In this document: positions 1-9,526 of the stretch, piece after piece
Numbering within the stretch: the stretch's first letter is position 1
Layout: each line of letters begins with the position of its first letter
Source: an uncultured virus (IMG/VR IMGVR_UViG_3300034106_002919)
Taxonomy: Duplodnaviria > Heunggongvirae > Uroviricota > Caudoviricetes
Strand: one strand, 5' to 3'
Length of the DNA stretch: 20,000 nt
Virus record (IMG/VR): IMGVR_UViG_3300034106_002919
Translations under genes and position numbers: made by a program
The notes under the pieces: generated by a model
Told to the model about the DNA's origin: nothing
Seen by the model: the letters and a program-made list of their open reading frames with translations, nothing else
The model's database searches: none

Positions 1-125
1 GACTTGATGCTGGTGCAGAGTTATATGTTGATTCTGTTGATGAGAAAGAGGCTTGGCAAAAGCTTTGGGACTCAATTGATGCACAGATTGAAGCAAAACT
101 TCAGGAAGTTGATCTAGGTAAGTAA
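1..125 (+). CDS. 3' end of a hypothetical protein (partial)
   Basis: Open frame from base 3 (LDAGAELYVDSVDEKEAWQKLWDSIDAQIEAKLQEVDLGK*). Its TAA at 123-125 overlaps the ATG of the next gene (TAATG). Confidence 0.75.
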   Translation, partial: LDAGAELYVDSVDEKEAWQKLWDSIDAQIEAKLQEVDLGK

Positions 126-409
126 TGATTGACGACTCTAGAGCGTTGTGTCAAGGTGACGAAAAAAGCAGCGCTTGGTTTTCATATCAAATTGAAGATA
201 TTAACTACGCTAAATCAGTTTGTGCTGAGTGTGAAGTTAAATTGCCATGTTTCTTTAATGCTTTAGAAAATGAGTTTATGGGCGTTAACGCTGGTATATC
301 TGAATTTGAATTTATGATGAAAACATGGAAGGAGGCAAAGACTAAAAATGAATCTAACTGGACAAGAAGTGATAAAGTACTTCAAAGAATCCTGCGAGAA
401 GCACTCTAA
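125..409 (+). CDS. whiB: WhiB-family Fe-S transcription regulator
   Basis: Four-Cys pattern ALC...AKSVCAECEVKLPC, followed by ALEN..GVNAG (variant of the WhiB G[VI]WGG turn); 94 aa. Confidence 0.8.
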   Translation: MIDDSRALCQGDEKSSAWFSYQIEDINYAKSVCAECEVKLPCFFNALENEFMGVNAGISEFEFMMKTWKEAKTKNESNWTRSDKVLQRILREAL

Positions 410-653
410 GTTATTCATCCCAGATATTCCTAGGGAAGATGCTGTTGCAGAGAGTCTTGGAAAGTATTACAATTCAAAAGACCTTGAAAAAGCCATTGAT
501 TGGTATGTAAATACAAATAAAGGACCATTCCTTGTATTTGACTTTGCTGTTCAATCAAGGGATATTATTGAAAAGGCAAAATATGAATCTGAAGCCGTTG
601 ATCGGTTTAAGCAAATTGTTGAGGAAACAAAAAGAAAGTTCCATACTGAATGA
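348..653 (+). CDS. hypothetical protein (possible helicase-associated/replication protein)
   Basis: 101-aa ORF with AAGGAGG about 13 nt upstream and an ATGA overlap with the helicase start. No recognisable motif. Confidence 0.7.
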   Translation: MNLTGQEVIKYFKESCEKHSKLFIPDIPREDAVAESLGKYYNSKDLEKAIDWYVNTNKGPFLVFDFAVQSRDIIEKAKYESEAVDRFKQIVEETKRKFHTE

Positions 654-1867
654 ACTATGAATCAAAACTAATTAATGCCATCGTTGACACAGGAGATTAT
701 GTAACTGCTGTAAACGCTGGTTGTGAAAACTGTTTTATTGAATACAGAGACATTTGGAGTTTTATTAACTCTCATTACGAGAGTCATAAGAAAGTTCCAT
801 CTAAAGAAACAGTCAAACATCACTATCCAGACTTTGAGTTCTTTAATACTACAGAACCAATTGATTACTATATTGATGAGGCAAAAAGGGAATCTCTGTC
901 ATATCAGACAAGACAGATTGTTGCAAAAGCACATAATGTTTTGACTGATAGTGGTCCAAAAGATGCTCTGACTTATTTGATGGAAAGTACATCAAAGCTT
1001 TATAAGTTCTCAAGTAGTCTTAAAGACACAGACCTGGTTGGAGAATGGAAAGATAGGCTTGATGACTTGAGAGAGAGATCTCTTAATCCAAATAAAGAAT
1101 TTATCGGTATTCCAAGTGGTATTTCTGTTATTGATAAAACATTTGGCGGTTGGCAACCAGGTGACTTTGTTGTACTGCTTGGCTGGACAGGTGTTGGTAA
1201 ATCATTTATTGCAAGACTGTTTGCGGTTAATGCTTGGAAGGCTGGCTATAGGCCAATGATCATTTCATTAGAAATGAATAAGCACCAAGAAGGTCAAAGA
1301 CTTGATACTTTGCTTAATAATGGTGAGGGGCATTTTACTAATACTGATCTTATCAAGGCAAATCCAAGCGTTGTTGGTACATACGAAACTTGGGGTGAAA
1401 AGATGTTTGATGGCAAACAGCCAATCTATCTAATCACATCAGAAGGTCTTGAAACAGCCGACCAAAACATGGTTCAGGCAAAGATTGACCAGTACCATCC
1501 AGACCTAGTTATTCTTGACTATCACGGTCTATTTGATGATGCTACAGGCGCTAGGAATGAAACTGAGAAGGCTAAGAACCTTTCTAAAGCCTTTAAGAGA
1601 ATTGCGGTTAAGAATAATGTTCCTATCATTGACGTAGCAGCAGTAACTATGGCTGATGGTCACTCAGATAGACCACCAGAACTTGAAGAAGTTGCATGGA
1701 GTAAACAGCTTGCGTATGATGCTGACTTAGTTCTTGCAATCCACAGAGAATTTAACTCTGATCTTTTTCAAGTAGTATCTAGAAAGGTTAGAAGAGCAAC
1801 ACATTTTGGTTTCTATCTTAGATGGAACCTTGAGACAGGAAAATGGGCAGAAGAATGGGATCTGTAA
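650..1867 (+). CDS. dnaB: DnaB-like (SF4) replicative DNA helicase
   Basis: GIPSGISVID..GGWQPGD, Walker A GWTGVGKS, ISLEM, Walker B LVILDY, YDADLVLAIHR, KVRR. Confidence 0.92.
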   Translation: MNYESKLINAIVDTGDYVTAVNAGCENCFIEYRDIWSFINSHYESHKKVPSKETVKHHYPDFEFFNTTEPIDYYIDEAKRESLSYQTRQIVAKAHNVLTDSGPKDALTYLMESTSKLYKFSSSLKDTDLVGEWKDRLDDLRERSLNPNKEFIGIPSGISVIDKTFGGWQPGDFVVLLGWTGVGKSFIARLFAVNAWKAGYRPMIISLEMNKHQEGQRLDTLLNNGEGHFTNTDLIKANPSVVGTYETWGEKMFDGKQPIYLITSEGLETADQNMVQAKIDQYHPDLVILDYHGLFDDATGARNETEKAKNLSKAFKRIAVKNNVPIIDVAAVTMADGHSDRPPELEEVAWSKQLAYDADLVLAIHREFNSDLFQVVSRKVRRATHFGFYLRWNLETGKWAEEWDL

Positions 1868-2040
1868 AAAAACGAGAAATTGCTGGTGTAGCCAGAGATA
1901 TTGAAACTATTATTAGACTTAGACCTTGGATGGAAGATGAAGCAAGAAATATCCACGGTCAGTTTAGTAAGTCAAAATTAATCACAGACTATGATAGTGA
2001 GAATGAACTCTTTAAATTCAAAATCATCCTTGAACCATAA
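1843..2040 (+). CDS. small hypothetical protein
   Basis: 65-aa ORF filling the gap between helicase and primase. The start may be the second ATG at 1855. Confidence 0.6.
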   Translation: MGRRMGSVKKREIAGVARDIETIIRLRPWMEDEARNIHGQFSKSKLITDYDSENELFKFKIILEP

Positions 2041-2938
2041 TCTTAGACAAGAGATAGTAAAGTTATTTGAGAATCATAATATTCAGATTGTTAATGAATC
2101 TGGAGAAGAAATAACTACCTATTGTCTTTTTCACCAAAACACAAATAGCCCTGCTTTTTATATCAATATTAAAACAGGCCTATGGCAGTGCTTTAACCCA
2201 TCTTGCAATAAAAAGGGTAACTTTAGACAACTGTACAGGCATGTAACAGGAAAGTCTTATGGCAAAGATATTGCTTTAGACCCAATTGCCTTAAAGTTGA
2301 TGCTAGAAAAAGAACTTGGTGATGAAGACCATAAAGATGAATTACAAATAGAGCAAATTCAACTTGATTATGAAAATGGTGAAGATAAGAAATTACTTAA
2401 TCAGTTTTTTGAAAGAGGTCTTTCTTATGAAACATTAGAATATTTTGAAGTTGGATATTCTAAAGTTAAAGATAGAATTGTGATTCCTGTAAGAGATCAG
2501 CAATATAAACTGGTTGGTTTTATTGGAAGAGCAGTATATGATTACCAAGAACCTCGTTATTTATACAACAAGGGGTTTAAGAGAGCGAATGTGCTATTCA
2601 ATATACAGAATGCAAAGAAATACGATTCATGCATTATTGTTGAGGGTAGTACTGATGCAATGAAGGTTCATCAGTCAGGGTTCCCAAATGTTGTAGCAGC
2701 ATTGGGTGCAAAAATGTCTGATAACCATTTCGCCATGCTCAGAAAATACTTTGATGAAATCATCATCTTTTCTGATAATGACGGAGCAGGTGACGAAATG
2801 GCATCTGCTATAATTGTTGGGTGTCAAGGCAAAAGGATGTATAGAGCCAGCATTAGTGATGGTCTTAAAGATCCAGGCGAAATGACAGAACAACAAATTA
2901 AAGAAGCAATCACAAACAAAAAAACCACATACATTTAG
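1991..2938 (+). CDS. dnaG: DNA primase (CHC2 zinc finger + TOPRIM)
   Basis: CLFH...SPAF...WQCFNPSC zinc finger, RIVIP..GFIGR, PRYL, TOPRIM IVEGSTD and DNDGAG, KDPGE. Exact start uncertain. Confidence 0.92.
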   Translation: MIVRMNSLNSKSSLNHNLRQEIVKLFENHNIQIVNESGEEITTYCLFHQNTNSPAFYINIKTGLWQCFNPSCNKKGNFRQLYRHVTGKSYGKDIALDPIALKLMLEKELGDEDHKDELQIEQIQLDYENGEDKKLLNQFFERGLSYETLEYFEVGYSKVKDRIVIPVRDQQYKLVGFIGRAVYDYQEPRYLYNKGFKRANVLFNIQNAKKYDSCIIVEGSTDAMKVHQSGFPNVVAALGAKMSDNHFAMLRKYFDEIIIFSDNDGAGDEMASAIIVGCQGKRMYRASISDGLKDPGEMTEQQIKEAITNKKTTYI

Positions 2939-2951
2939 GAGGTAGGTAGGA
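2936..2951 (+). promoter_or_regulatory. strong ribosome-binding site
   Basis: TAGGAGGTAGGTAGGA immediately before the ATG at 2952; contains the full AGGAGGT. Confidence 0.7.
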
Positions 2952-3596
2952 ATGTTTAATTCAATTAAAACACTTAAAGATTTGGAATCAGCTACAGTTC
3001 CAAAGACAAATCAAGGTAGCGGAGTCAAGAAGTATTTTACTATTGGCTCTGGAGAATCTTACAAGATTCGTTTCCGTCAGGAACTTACAGAAGACGCTAA
3101 GTTTTATGACGAACAAGTAGGGGCAGGTATTACTGTTCCTGTTATCACATCACCAATTAACTGGAAATGGAAGACAGCATCTACAGCGAATTTGGCACAG
3201 TTTGATTACCGCTGTTGGGGTAACGAACAGGCTGTCGTTGATAAGCGCTGGAAGCCAAAGCAACACTTGCTGATCAACATTGCTGTTGAGACTGAACCAG
3301 GAAATTGGGAACCTCGTATCATTGATACGACATTTAATCAGCGTCATATTGGCCTTATTCTTATTGAATACGCCAAGGAATTCGGGACAATTACCGACAG
3401 ATACTATAAGTATTCTCGTACAGGAACAGGTGCTTCAGACACAAACTATAGCCTTATTCCTCTTGAAGTTGCTGAGATGCCAGAAGTAATTAAAAACCTT
3501 CCGCTTCATCAACTTGATAATATTTATACAACTCTTGATTACAGCAAGCAACAGCAGTTCTTGACTACTGGTGAAATTGCTAAAGACAGTTGGTAA
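2952..3596 (+). CDS. probable single-stranded DNA-binding protein (gp32-like)
   Basis: Position after primase, strong SD, KIRF.. N-terminal strand and SRTGTGASDTNYSL element typical of phage SSBs. Function inferred. Confidence 0.6.
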   Translation: MFNSIKTLKDLESATVPKTNQGSGVKKYFTIGSGESYKIRFRQELTEDAKFYDEQVGAGITVPVITSPINWKWKTASTANLAQFDYRCWGNEQAVVDKRWKPKQHLLINIAVETEPGNWEPRIIDTTFNQRHIGLILIEYAKEFGTITDRYYKYSRTGTGASDTNYSLIPLEVAEMPEVIKNLPLHQLDNIYTTLDYSKQQQFLTTGEIAKDSW

Positions 3597-3608
3597 AGAT
3601 TGGAGTGT

Positions 3609-3636
3609 GATGGCAGGGGGTAAAACCCCTGCCATC
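3609..3636 (+). terminator. GC-rich stem-loop (terminator or processing/stability hairpin)
   Basis: Perfect 11-bp inverted repeat GATGGCAGGGG-gtaaaa-CCCCTGCCATC downstream of the SSB gene; no clear U-tract. Confidence 0.6.
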
Positions 3637-3643
3637 TACTATT

Positions 3644-4156
3644 ATGAAAAACATTGTTTTAGACCTTGATGGCGTTATTGCTGATATCGCTTATGGGCTT
3701 AATAAAGTTCTGAAAGATAAGGTTGATTATTCTAAATGGTTGATTGAAGATAATTGCGATCAACAAGCTTTGGATATATTTGGTAATCCTTTGTTTTGGA
3801 AAAATCTTAAACCATTTGAAGATGCTTGGCATCAAGTAAACTATTGGTTTAGTTGTAATTATGACGTTTATGTTGTAACTGCTAGAAGAACCGATGCCTC
3901 AATGAGCAATACAGAAACTTGGCTTGATTCTTGGCGTATCAGCACAATGCGACCAATATTTACCAATATTGGAGAAAAGCATACTGTTATTAAAGAACTC
4001 AATCCAGTATTTGTAGTTGAAGATAATCCGAATGAAATTGCGATTCTAGAGAATCACGGAATCAACTGCTACATGCGTAATGCATGGTATAATCAGGACA
4101 GAAAAAAAGAATTTAAGAATATTGACACACTTTACGAATTGAGAATAAATGACTGA
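3644..4156 (+). CDS. HAD-superfamily 5'(3')-deoxyribonucleotidase-like phosphatase
   Basis: Motif I DLDGVIAD, motif II VVTAR, Lys (GEK), motif IV VEDNP, C-terminal AWYN. Confidence 0.85.
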   Translation: MKNIVLDLDGVIADIAYGLNKVLKDKVDYSKWLIEDNCDQQALDIFGNPLFWKNLKPFEDAWHQVNYWFSCNYDVYVVTARRTDASMSNTETWLDSWRISTMRPIFTNIGEKHTVIKELNPVFVVEDNPNEIAILENHGINCYMRNAWYNQDRKKEFKNIDTLYELRIND

Positions 4157-7100
4157 TTTTGTTCATCTTCATTGCCATAGTGAATACTCACTGCTTGATG
4201 GAATGTCAACACCAACAGATATTGCAAGAATTGCTTCAACTAACGGACAATACGCTGCTGCTATTACAGATCATGGAACAATGGGAGGATTCTTAAAGTT
4301 TCAGAAAGCCTGTGAGTCTCATGCTGTTAAGCCTATCTTTGGTGTAGAAGCATATTTTGTTCCATCAGTGATTAGTGATGGTGAAGGTAAGCATGAGAGA
4401 TTCCATCTTATCCTTCTTGCTAAGAATGATGAGGGATTGAAGAAGTTGTTTAAAGCATCTCAAGTAGGATGGGCTAATAACTTTTATTATAAGCCAAGAA
4501 TTGATTTTGAACTACTTGAAGACTTAGTTGATAATGACATTGTTGCACTCTCTGGTTGTATGGGTAGTGCAATTTCTAAGGCAATCACGGCAGACAATTC
4601 TGCAAGAGCAGAGCAGTTGGCTGAAAGGTTTGTGTCTATTTTTGGAGATGACTTTTACTTTGAGACACAGGCATGGAACCCTAAGAAATTAAATGATGGA
4701 CTTATCTCTCTTGCTGAATCTTTTAATAAAAAAGTAGTAGCGACTGCTGATTGCCATTTCCCAACTTATCAAGACAGAGGAGCCGAAGAGGTTCTTCTTC
4801 TTGTTTCGCAGTACCCAAGTTTTAACGCTCCAGAATTGAGAAGAGCAAGAGATAACAATTCTGTCTGTCAAGATGGAAGTATTGATATTATTGACAAAAT
4901 GAATGCAATGTACCCAGATAGACATTTGCGTTTTGATGAAATCAATCCTTATATTGCACCTGCTTCTGACATTACTGAGTGGTTTAAGAAAGCTGGTTAC
5001 GACAGAACAGATATTCTTGAGAATACGATTGAAGTTGCAGATAAATGTACGGCAAAGATGCCTACAAAAAGAAATCTTTTGCCAAAGTATTCTAAGTTTA
5101 CTGACTCAGCATCTTATCTAAAAGAGATTGCTGACTTTGCAATTAAACAAAGAGGCCTTGGTCAAGAGTATAAAGAACGTCTTGATGAAGAGATTAAAAT
5201 CATTAATGATTTAGGTTTTGCAGACTACTTCTTGATTGTATGGGATCTTGTTCATTGGGCAGATGCCAATAATATTGGTCGTGGTACTGGTAGAGGATCT
5301 GTTGGTGGAAGTGTGCTTGCATTTCTTCTTGATATCTCAAAGGTTGACCCAGTTAAGTACAGCCTGTTGTTCTCAAGATTTATTAATCCAGAGAGAAACG
5401 ACTATCCAGACATTGACTTAGACTTTGAAGATAAGCGCAGACACGAAGTTAGAAACTATCTCAGAGAACGATGGGGTGAAGACAATGTAGCAGCAATTGC
5501 TACATATGGAGAATTTAAGCCCAAGTCTGTTATTAAAGACGTATCTAGAGTGTATCAAGTTCCATTTGAAGAAATTAACAGCATTACACCATTCTTTGAA
5601 ACACTACAAGAACTAGAGTCATCACCTAGGGGTAAGTCGTTTATGACAAAGTATCCCGACATTATGAAGATCTCTAAGAAACTTGAAGGTCGTATTAGAA
5701 ATACAGGCGTTCATGCTGCTGGTATGGTTGTATCTTCTATACCATTAACAGAAGTATGTCCTGTTGAAACAAGGAAGGAAACAAACCAAGACGGTAGATT
5801 CCTTGTTACTGCTTTTGATATGGATGATGCAGAAGCAGTTGGTCTTATTAAGGTTGATATTCTTGGTCTTAAAACTGTTTCGGTTATTAAAGACTGCATT
5901 GCCAAGATTAAAGAACTTTATGGTGTTGATGTATCAGAAGTTTCACTACAACTTGACGATCCTAAAGTATACGATAATTTTAATAAAGGGAATACTGTTG
6001 GAGTATTCCAAGCAGATGCTGCTGCTTATAGAAACCTAATTGACCGAATGGGTATTGATAACTTTAATGACCTTGTAGTTAGCAACGCACTAGTTCGCCC
6101 TGGTGCTCTTCTATCTCAGGGGCAAGATTATATCAACAGGAAGAAAGGCATTGATAATCCATCTTATGCACATCCTCTTGTGAAAGACATTCTTGAAGAG
6201 ACATACGGAACTGTAATTTTTCAGGAACAACTTATGCAAATGGCAGTTATTCTTGCCGACTTCTCTTGGTCAGATGCTGATAAGCTTAGAAAAATTATTG
6301 GTAAGAAGCGAGATGCTAATGAGTTTGAACAATTTAAAGAGAAGTTTGTAAACAATCAATACTTAACAAGAAAGCAGTCTGAGAAGATTTGGGCAGACTT
6401 TGAATTGTCGGCTCTATATATGTTTAATAAGTCTCACGCAGTTGCTTATTCAATGCTCTCGTATCAGACAATGTGGTTGAAGATTAATTATCCAGCAGAG
6501 TTTGTATGGTCGCTACTTTATAATGAAGAGGCTACGGACAAAATTACTGCTTATCTAATGGAAGCACAGAGGCTAGGGGTTAGTATCCTGCCTCCAGATG
6601 TAAATCTTTCTGATGAGTATTTTACGATTGATAAAGGCAACGGAATTAGATTTGGTCTAAAAAATGTTGCTTCCTGTGGTAACTCTGCAATTAAAGAGAT
6701 CTTAAATAAAAGACCTTTCTCTTCTTTTGATGAGTTTAATAACAAGTGTACAAAAACTGCTGTTAAGAGTAATCTTAGAGAAAATCTAGATAAGATTGGT
6801 GCATTTGAATCTCTTGGTCATGTGTCGCAGTTTGACCATAAGAAATATTACTTACCAATTCTTGGCTTTGCTATTGACGATCTTGATTCAAATAATGAAC
6901 TTGATGAAATGGTAGGAAATATATCTGAGTTCCATGAAATCAATTCTGAGCTAACTTTGGTTAAGGCAATTGTTAGATCAACTAAGAAAACACCACAGTA
7001 TCTTAGAGTAGAGTTTGAGGATAAATCAGGCTCTTGCACCTTGTTCGCTGATAGAAATGCAGAGATAGCCCAAAGAGACTATATGTATGCTCTTATTGGA

Positions 7101-7538
7101 GATAGGACTATCCATACATTCTGTGATGCATACCATTATCATGATACTGAGTTGTATGACATTATGATGATGAAAAGAAATGGGACTAACCATCAATACA
7201 GTTGGCTCTATGATCATGGCCTTGGCTTTGTAGAAGATGAAAAGTGTCTACTTAATATCTTTAGTGCTAGAAAGTTTACAACATCAAAAGGTAAAGAGAT
7301 GGCAAACATCTATGCCTTTGATGGGAAAAAGATTGTAAAGATTGTACTCTTCTCAGCAATATGTAAGAAAGTATATCCACAGATTAAATTAGGTCAGTGG
7401 TATGCAGCTAAACTAGAAAAGATTGATGATAGAAACAATTTAACAAGAATTGACTCTTATAAACTAACTAGCGATCAAGCAATTATTACTGCTGATAGTT
7501 ATATTCAAAGAAAGGGTCTAGTAAAGAGCAATGTTTGA
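4149..7538 (+). CDS. dnaE: DNA polymerase III alpha subunit (DnaE, family C)
   Basis: PHP HLHCHSEYSLLDG, ITDHG, GRGSVGGS, catalytic PDIDLDF, HAAG, KVDILGLK, FQEQ, FNKSHAVAY, LPPDVN, FGLKNV HhH. Confidence 0.97.
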   Translation: MTDFVHLHCHSEYSLLDGMSTPTDIARIASTNGQYAAAITDHGTMGGFLKFQKACESHAVKPIFGVEAYFVPSVISDGEGKHERFHLILLAKNDEGLKKLFKASQVGWANNFYYKPRIDFELLEDLVDNDIVALSGCMGSAISKAITADNSARAEQLAERFVSIFGDDFYFETQAWNPKKLNDGLISLAESFNKKVVATADCHFPTYQDRGAEEVLLLVSQYPSFNAPELRRARDNNSVCQDGSIDIIDKMNAMYPDRHLRFDEINPYIAPASDITEWFKKAGYDRTDILENTIEVADKCTAKMPTKRNLLPKYSKFTDSASYLKEIADFAIKQRGLGQEYKERLDEEIKIINDLGFADYFLIVWDLVHWADANNIGRGTGRGSVGGSVLAFLLDISKVDPVKYSLLFSRFINPERNDYPDIDLDFEDKRRHEVRNYLRERWGEDNVAAIATYGEFKPKSVIKDVSRVYQVPFEEINSITPFFETLQELESSPRGKSFMTKYPDIMKISKKLEGRIRNTGVHAAGMVVSSIPLTEVCPVETRKETNQDGRFLVTAFDMDDAEAVGLIKVDILGLKTVSVIKDCIAKIKELYGVDVSEVSLQLDDPKVYDNFNKGNTVGVFQADAAAYRNLIDRMGIDNFNDLVVSNALVRPGALLSQGQDYINRKKGIDNPSYAHPLVKDILEETYGTVIFQEQLMQMAVILADFSWSDADKLRKIIGKKRDANEFEQFKEKFVNNQYLTRKQSEKIWADFELSALYMFNKSHAVAYSMLSYQTMWLKINYPAEFVWSLLYNEEATDKITAYLMEAQRLGVSILPPDVNLSDEYFTIDKGNGIRFGLKNVASCGNSAIKEILNKRPFSSFDEFNNKCTKTAVKSNLRENLDKIGAFESLGHVSQFDHKKYYLPILGFAIDDLDSNNELDEMVGNISEFHEINSELTLVKAIVRSTKKTPQYLRVEFEDKSGSCTLFADRNAEIAQRDYMYALIGDRTIHTFCDAYHYHDTELYDIMMMKRNGTNHQYSWLYDHGLGFVEDEKCLLNIFSARKFTTSKGKEMANIYAFDGKKIVKIVLFSAICKKVYPQIKLGQWYAAKLEKIDDRNNLTRIDSYKLTSDQAIITADSYIQRKGLVKSNV

Positions 7539-8148
7539 TTTAATTATTAGCGATAGCAAATGGTCTGAATCGCATGGTGCTGAAGGAAACCATCTTGGAA
7601 TGGGAATAATGTATTATGCAATTCCATATGTTCTAAAAGCACAGCATTGTGTATGTCTAGGATCTGGCGCTGGTTTTGTTCCTAAATTAATGCACCGCGC
7701 ACAGTCTCAATTGATAGAAGAGAGCATTATTTCTTCTCATAAAATTACATTAATTGATGCCAATATTGGACCTTGGGGACTTCCAGTTTATCAGGAAGGG
7801 ATTGATGGTTATCCTGAAATTACTTTAATAAAGTCTATAACAGACGATGCTGTACAACTTGTTGACAATATTGACTATCTACATGTTGATGCAGATCATA
7901 CATATGACCAAGTACTTAATGACTTTAATAATTATTTATCAAAAATGAATGGTGATAACTGGGCAATAACTGTTCATGATACATATAATTTTAGCGATGC
8001 AGATCATCCACCAATTGGTTCTTACCAAGCTGCTATTGATTTCTCGCAAGCAAATGATTTATATTTTACAAATTTTAGAATAGGTTGTGGTACTGGATTA
8101 ATTATGCCAAGGAGGAAATTTGAAACGCTGGGAATATTTAATTTCTGA
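7531..8148 (+). CDS. class I SAM-dependent methyltransferase (Methyltransf_24-like)
   Basis: CVCLGSGAGF glycine loop, TLID, IDYLHVDADHTYDQVLNDF and ITVHDT match the DxxHxY..D/HD signature. Confidence 0.8.
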   Translation: MFDLIISDSKWSESHGAEGNHLGMGIMYYAIPYVLKAQHCVCLGSGAGFVPKLMHRAQSQLIEESIISSHKITLIDANIGPWGLPVYQEGIDGYPEITLIKSITDDAVQLVDNIDYLHVDADHTYDQVLNDFNNYLSKMNGDNWAITVHDTYNFSDADHPPIGSYQAAIDFSQANDLYFTNFRIGCGTGLIMPRRKFETLGIFNF

Positions 8149-8608
8149 ACAATATAAAATTAGAAAAATTATTGCTTCACATTATTTATCTTCATGTGAC
8201 AATGTGATTGATGTTGGTAGTTATGGGGAGCATTTAATTGGGATTGATGCCAATAAACTACATTCTATTGATCCACTAATGTCAATTCCTGATTCTTTTC
8301 ATGGAACATTTTCCGAATGGCTTAGTCGTAATCAAAACCTATATGGAACAATAGGTGTAGCAATTCTTGGTTTTGATATAGAGGGTGATGGAGAATATGA
8401 AGAACTACTATCTTTTTTAAAAGGAGTAGATACCATTGTGCTAGAATATGCTATGGAGTTTGAGCCATCAGTGCAACAATCAAAGCATTTAATGAGTCAA
8501 ATTCCACATAAGGTTGAAACTGTAATCAATCTAGAGTTACCAGAAGTGAAAACAGAAGGTTTCCCAACATACAGTAAAAGAAAAATTACTATTTTGAAAA
8601 GAGGATAA
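8120..8608 (+). CDS. small SAM-methyltransferase-like protein
   Basis: TTG start, VIDVGSYG motif I, SIDP motif II-like, VLEY; minimal Rossmann-like pattern. Confidence 0.5.
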   Translation: MKRWEYLISEQYKIRKIIASHYLSSCDNVIDVGSYGEHLIGIDANKLHSIDPLMSIPDSFHGTFSEWLSRNQNLYGTIGVAILGFDIEGDGEYEELLSFLKGVDTIVLEYAMEFEPSVQQSKHLMSQIPHKVETVINLELPEVKTEGFPTYSKRKITILKRG

Positions 8609-9523
8609 ATGTTAGTAGTAGATAAAAGAAAAGGCGATACAATGCCTCAACATGAGATTATTAAGACCCCAAGTCTTGGTCTTAACAGAGCTCTTGGTGG
8701 AGGTCTTTATACAGGTGCAACCCATCTATTTTGGGGAACGCCATCGGTTGGTAAAACAACTATGTGTTTCAGAATTATTGCAGAAGCCCAAAAAATGGGC
8801 TACAGGCCAGTAATTATTGATTCAGAATATTCTTATAGAGATGAATATGCAGCAAAGTGTGGAATTAACACAGAGGATGTTGTTATTATTCAATCAACAG
8901 TTGTTGAAGATATTCTTAAGAATGTTCATCCATATCTTACACACGAAGATGAAAAACATATCTTTCTGTTTGACTCACTATCAAACATCATTAAAGAAGA
9001 ATTTTATGACAAACCAGAAGGTGGTAAAGCAATGGGTCTTCAGTCAAGAAGTCAGGGCTTCCTTCTTCAAAAATTGGTTAATTATCTTCATAAAGAAAGA
9101 AACATTATGCTGTTTGTAGCCCATCAAACCATTGATCTAAGCGGAATGTATGCTGTTACAAAAGCAAAGATGGGTAATACTGTTCATCACAATATGCATA
9201 ATATTGTAAAATTGTTTTTGTCAATGTCTCAGAAAGAGATGGACCGTGATGAAACAAATAAGATTACAAGTCAGAGAGCAGTTTGGACAATTGAAAAGAC
9301 AAAGCAGATTCCTACAATTGGATCATCTGGTTATTATTATGTCCTTCCGCAAGAGGGAAAGATTGACACAGAGAGAGAGTTGATTGATATTGCTGTTGAA
9401 ATGGACATTATCCAGAGAAGAGGTGCTTGGTTCTCTTTTAATGAAGAAAAGTGGAACGGCATGAGCAAGATTGAACTAAATGACTCTCAAAGAGAAGAGA
9501 TTATTAAACTTATTAATGGTTAA
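8609..9523 (+). CDS. recA: RecA/UvsX-like recombinase
   Basis: LNRALGGGL, Walker A GTPSVGKTT, IDSE, Walker B FLFDS, C-terminal IIQRRGAWFSF; GAGGA SD upstream. Confidence 0.92.
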   Translation: MLVVDKRKGDTMPQHEIIKTPSLGLNRALGGGLYTGATHLFWGTPSVGKTTMCFRIIAEAQKMGYRPVIIDSEYSYRDEYAAKCGINTEDVVIIQSTVVEDILKNVHPYLTHEDEKHIFLFDSLSNIIKEEFYDKPEGGKAMGLQSRSQGFLLQKLVNYLHKERNIMLFVAHQTIDLSGMYAVTKAKMGNTVHHNMHNIVKLFLSMSQKEMDRDETNKITSQRAVWTIEKTKQIPTIGSSGYYYVLPQEGKIDTERELIDIAVEMDIIQRRGAWFSFNEEKWNGMSKIELNDSQREEIIKLING

Positions 9524-9526
9524 GTA

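Noticed and set aside
650..9523. Inteins or introns in helicase, DnaE or RecA
   Set aside because: Lengths are normal, motifs are contiguous, and no intein splice-junction or homing endonuclease motifs were seen.
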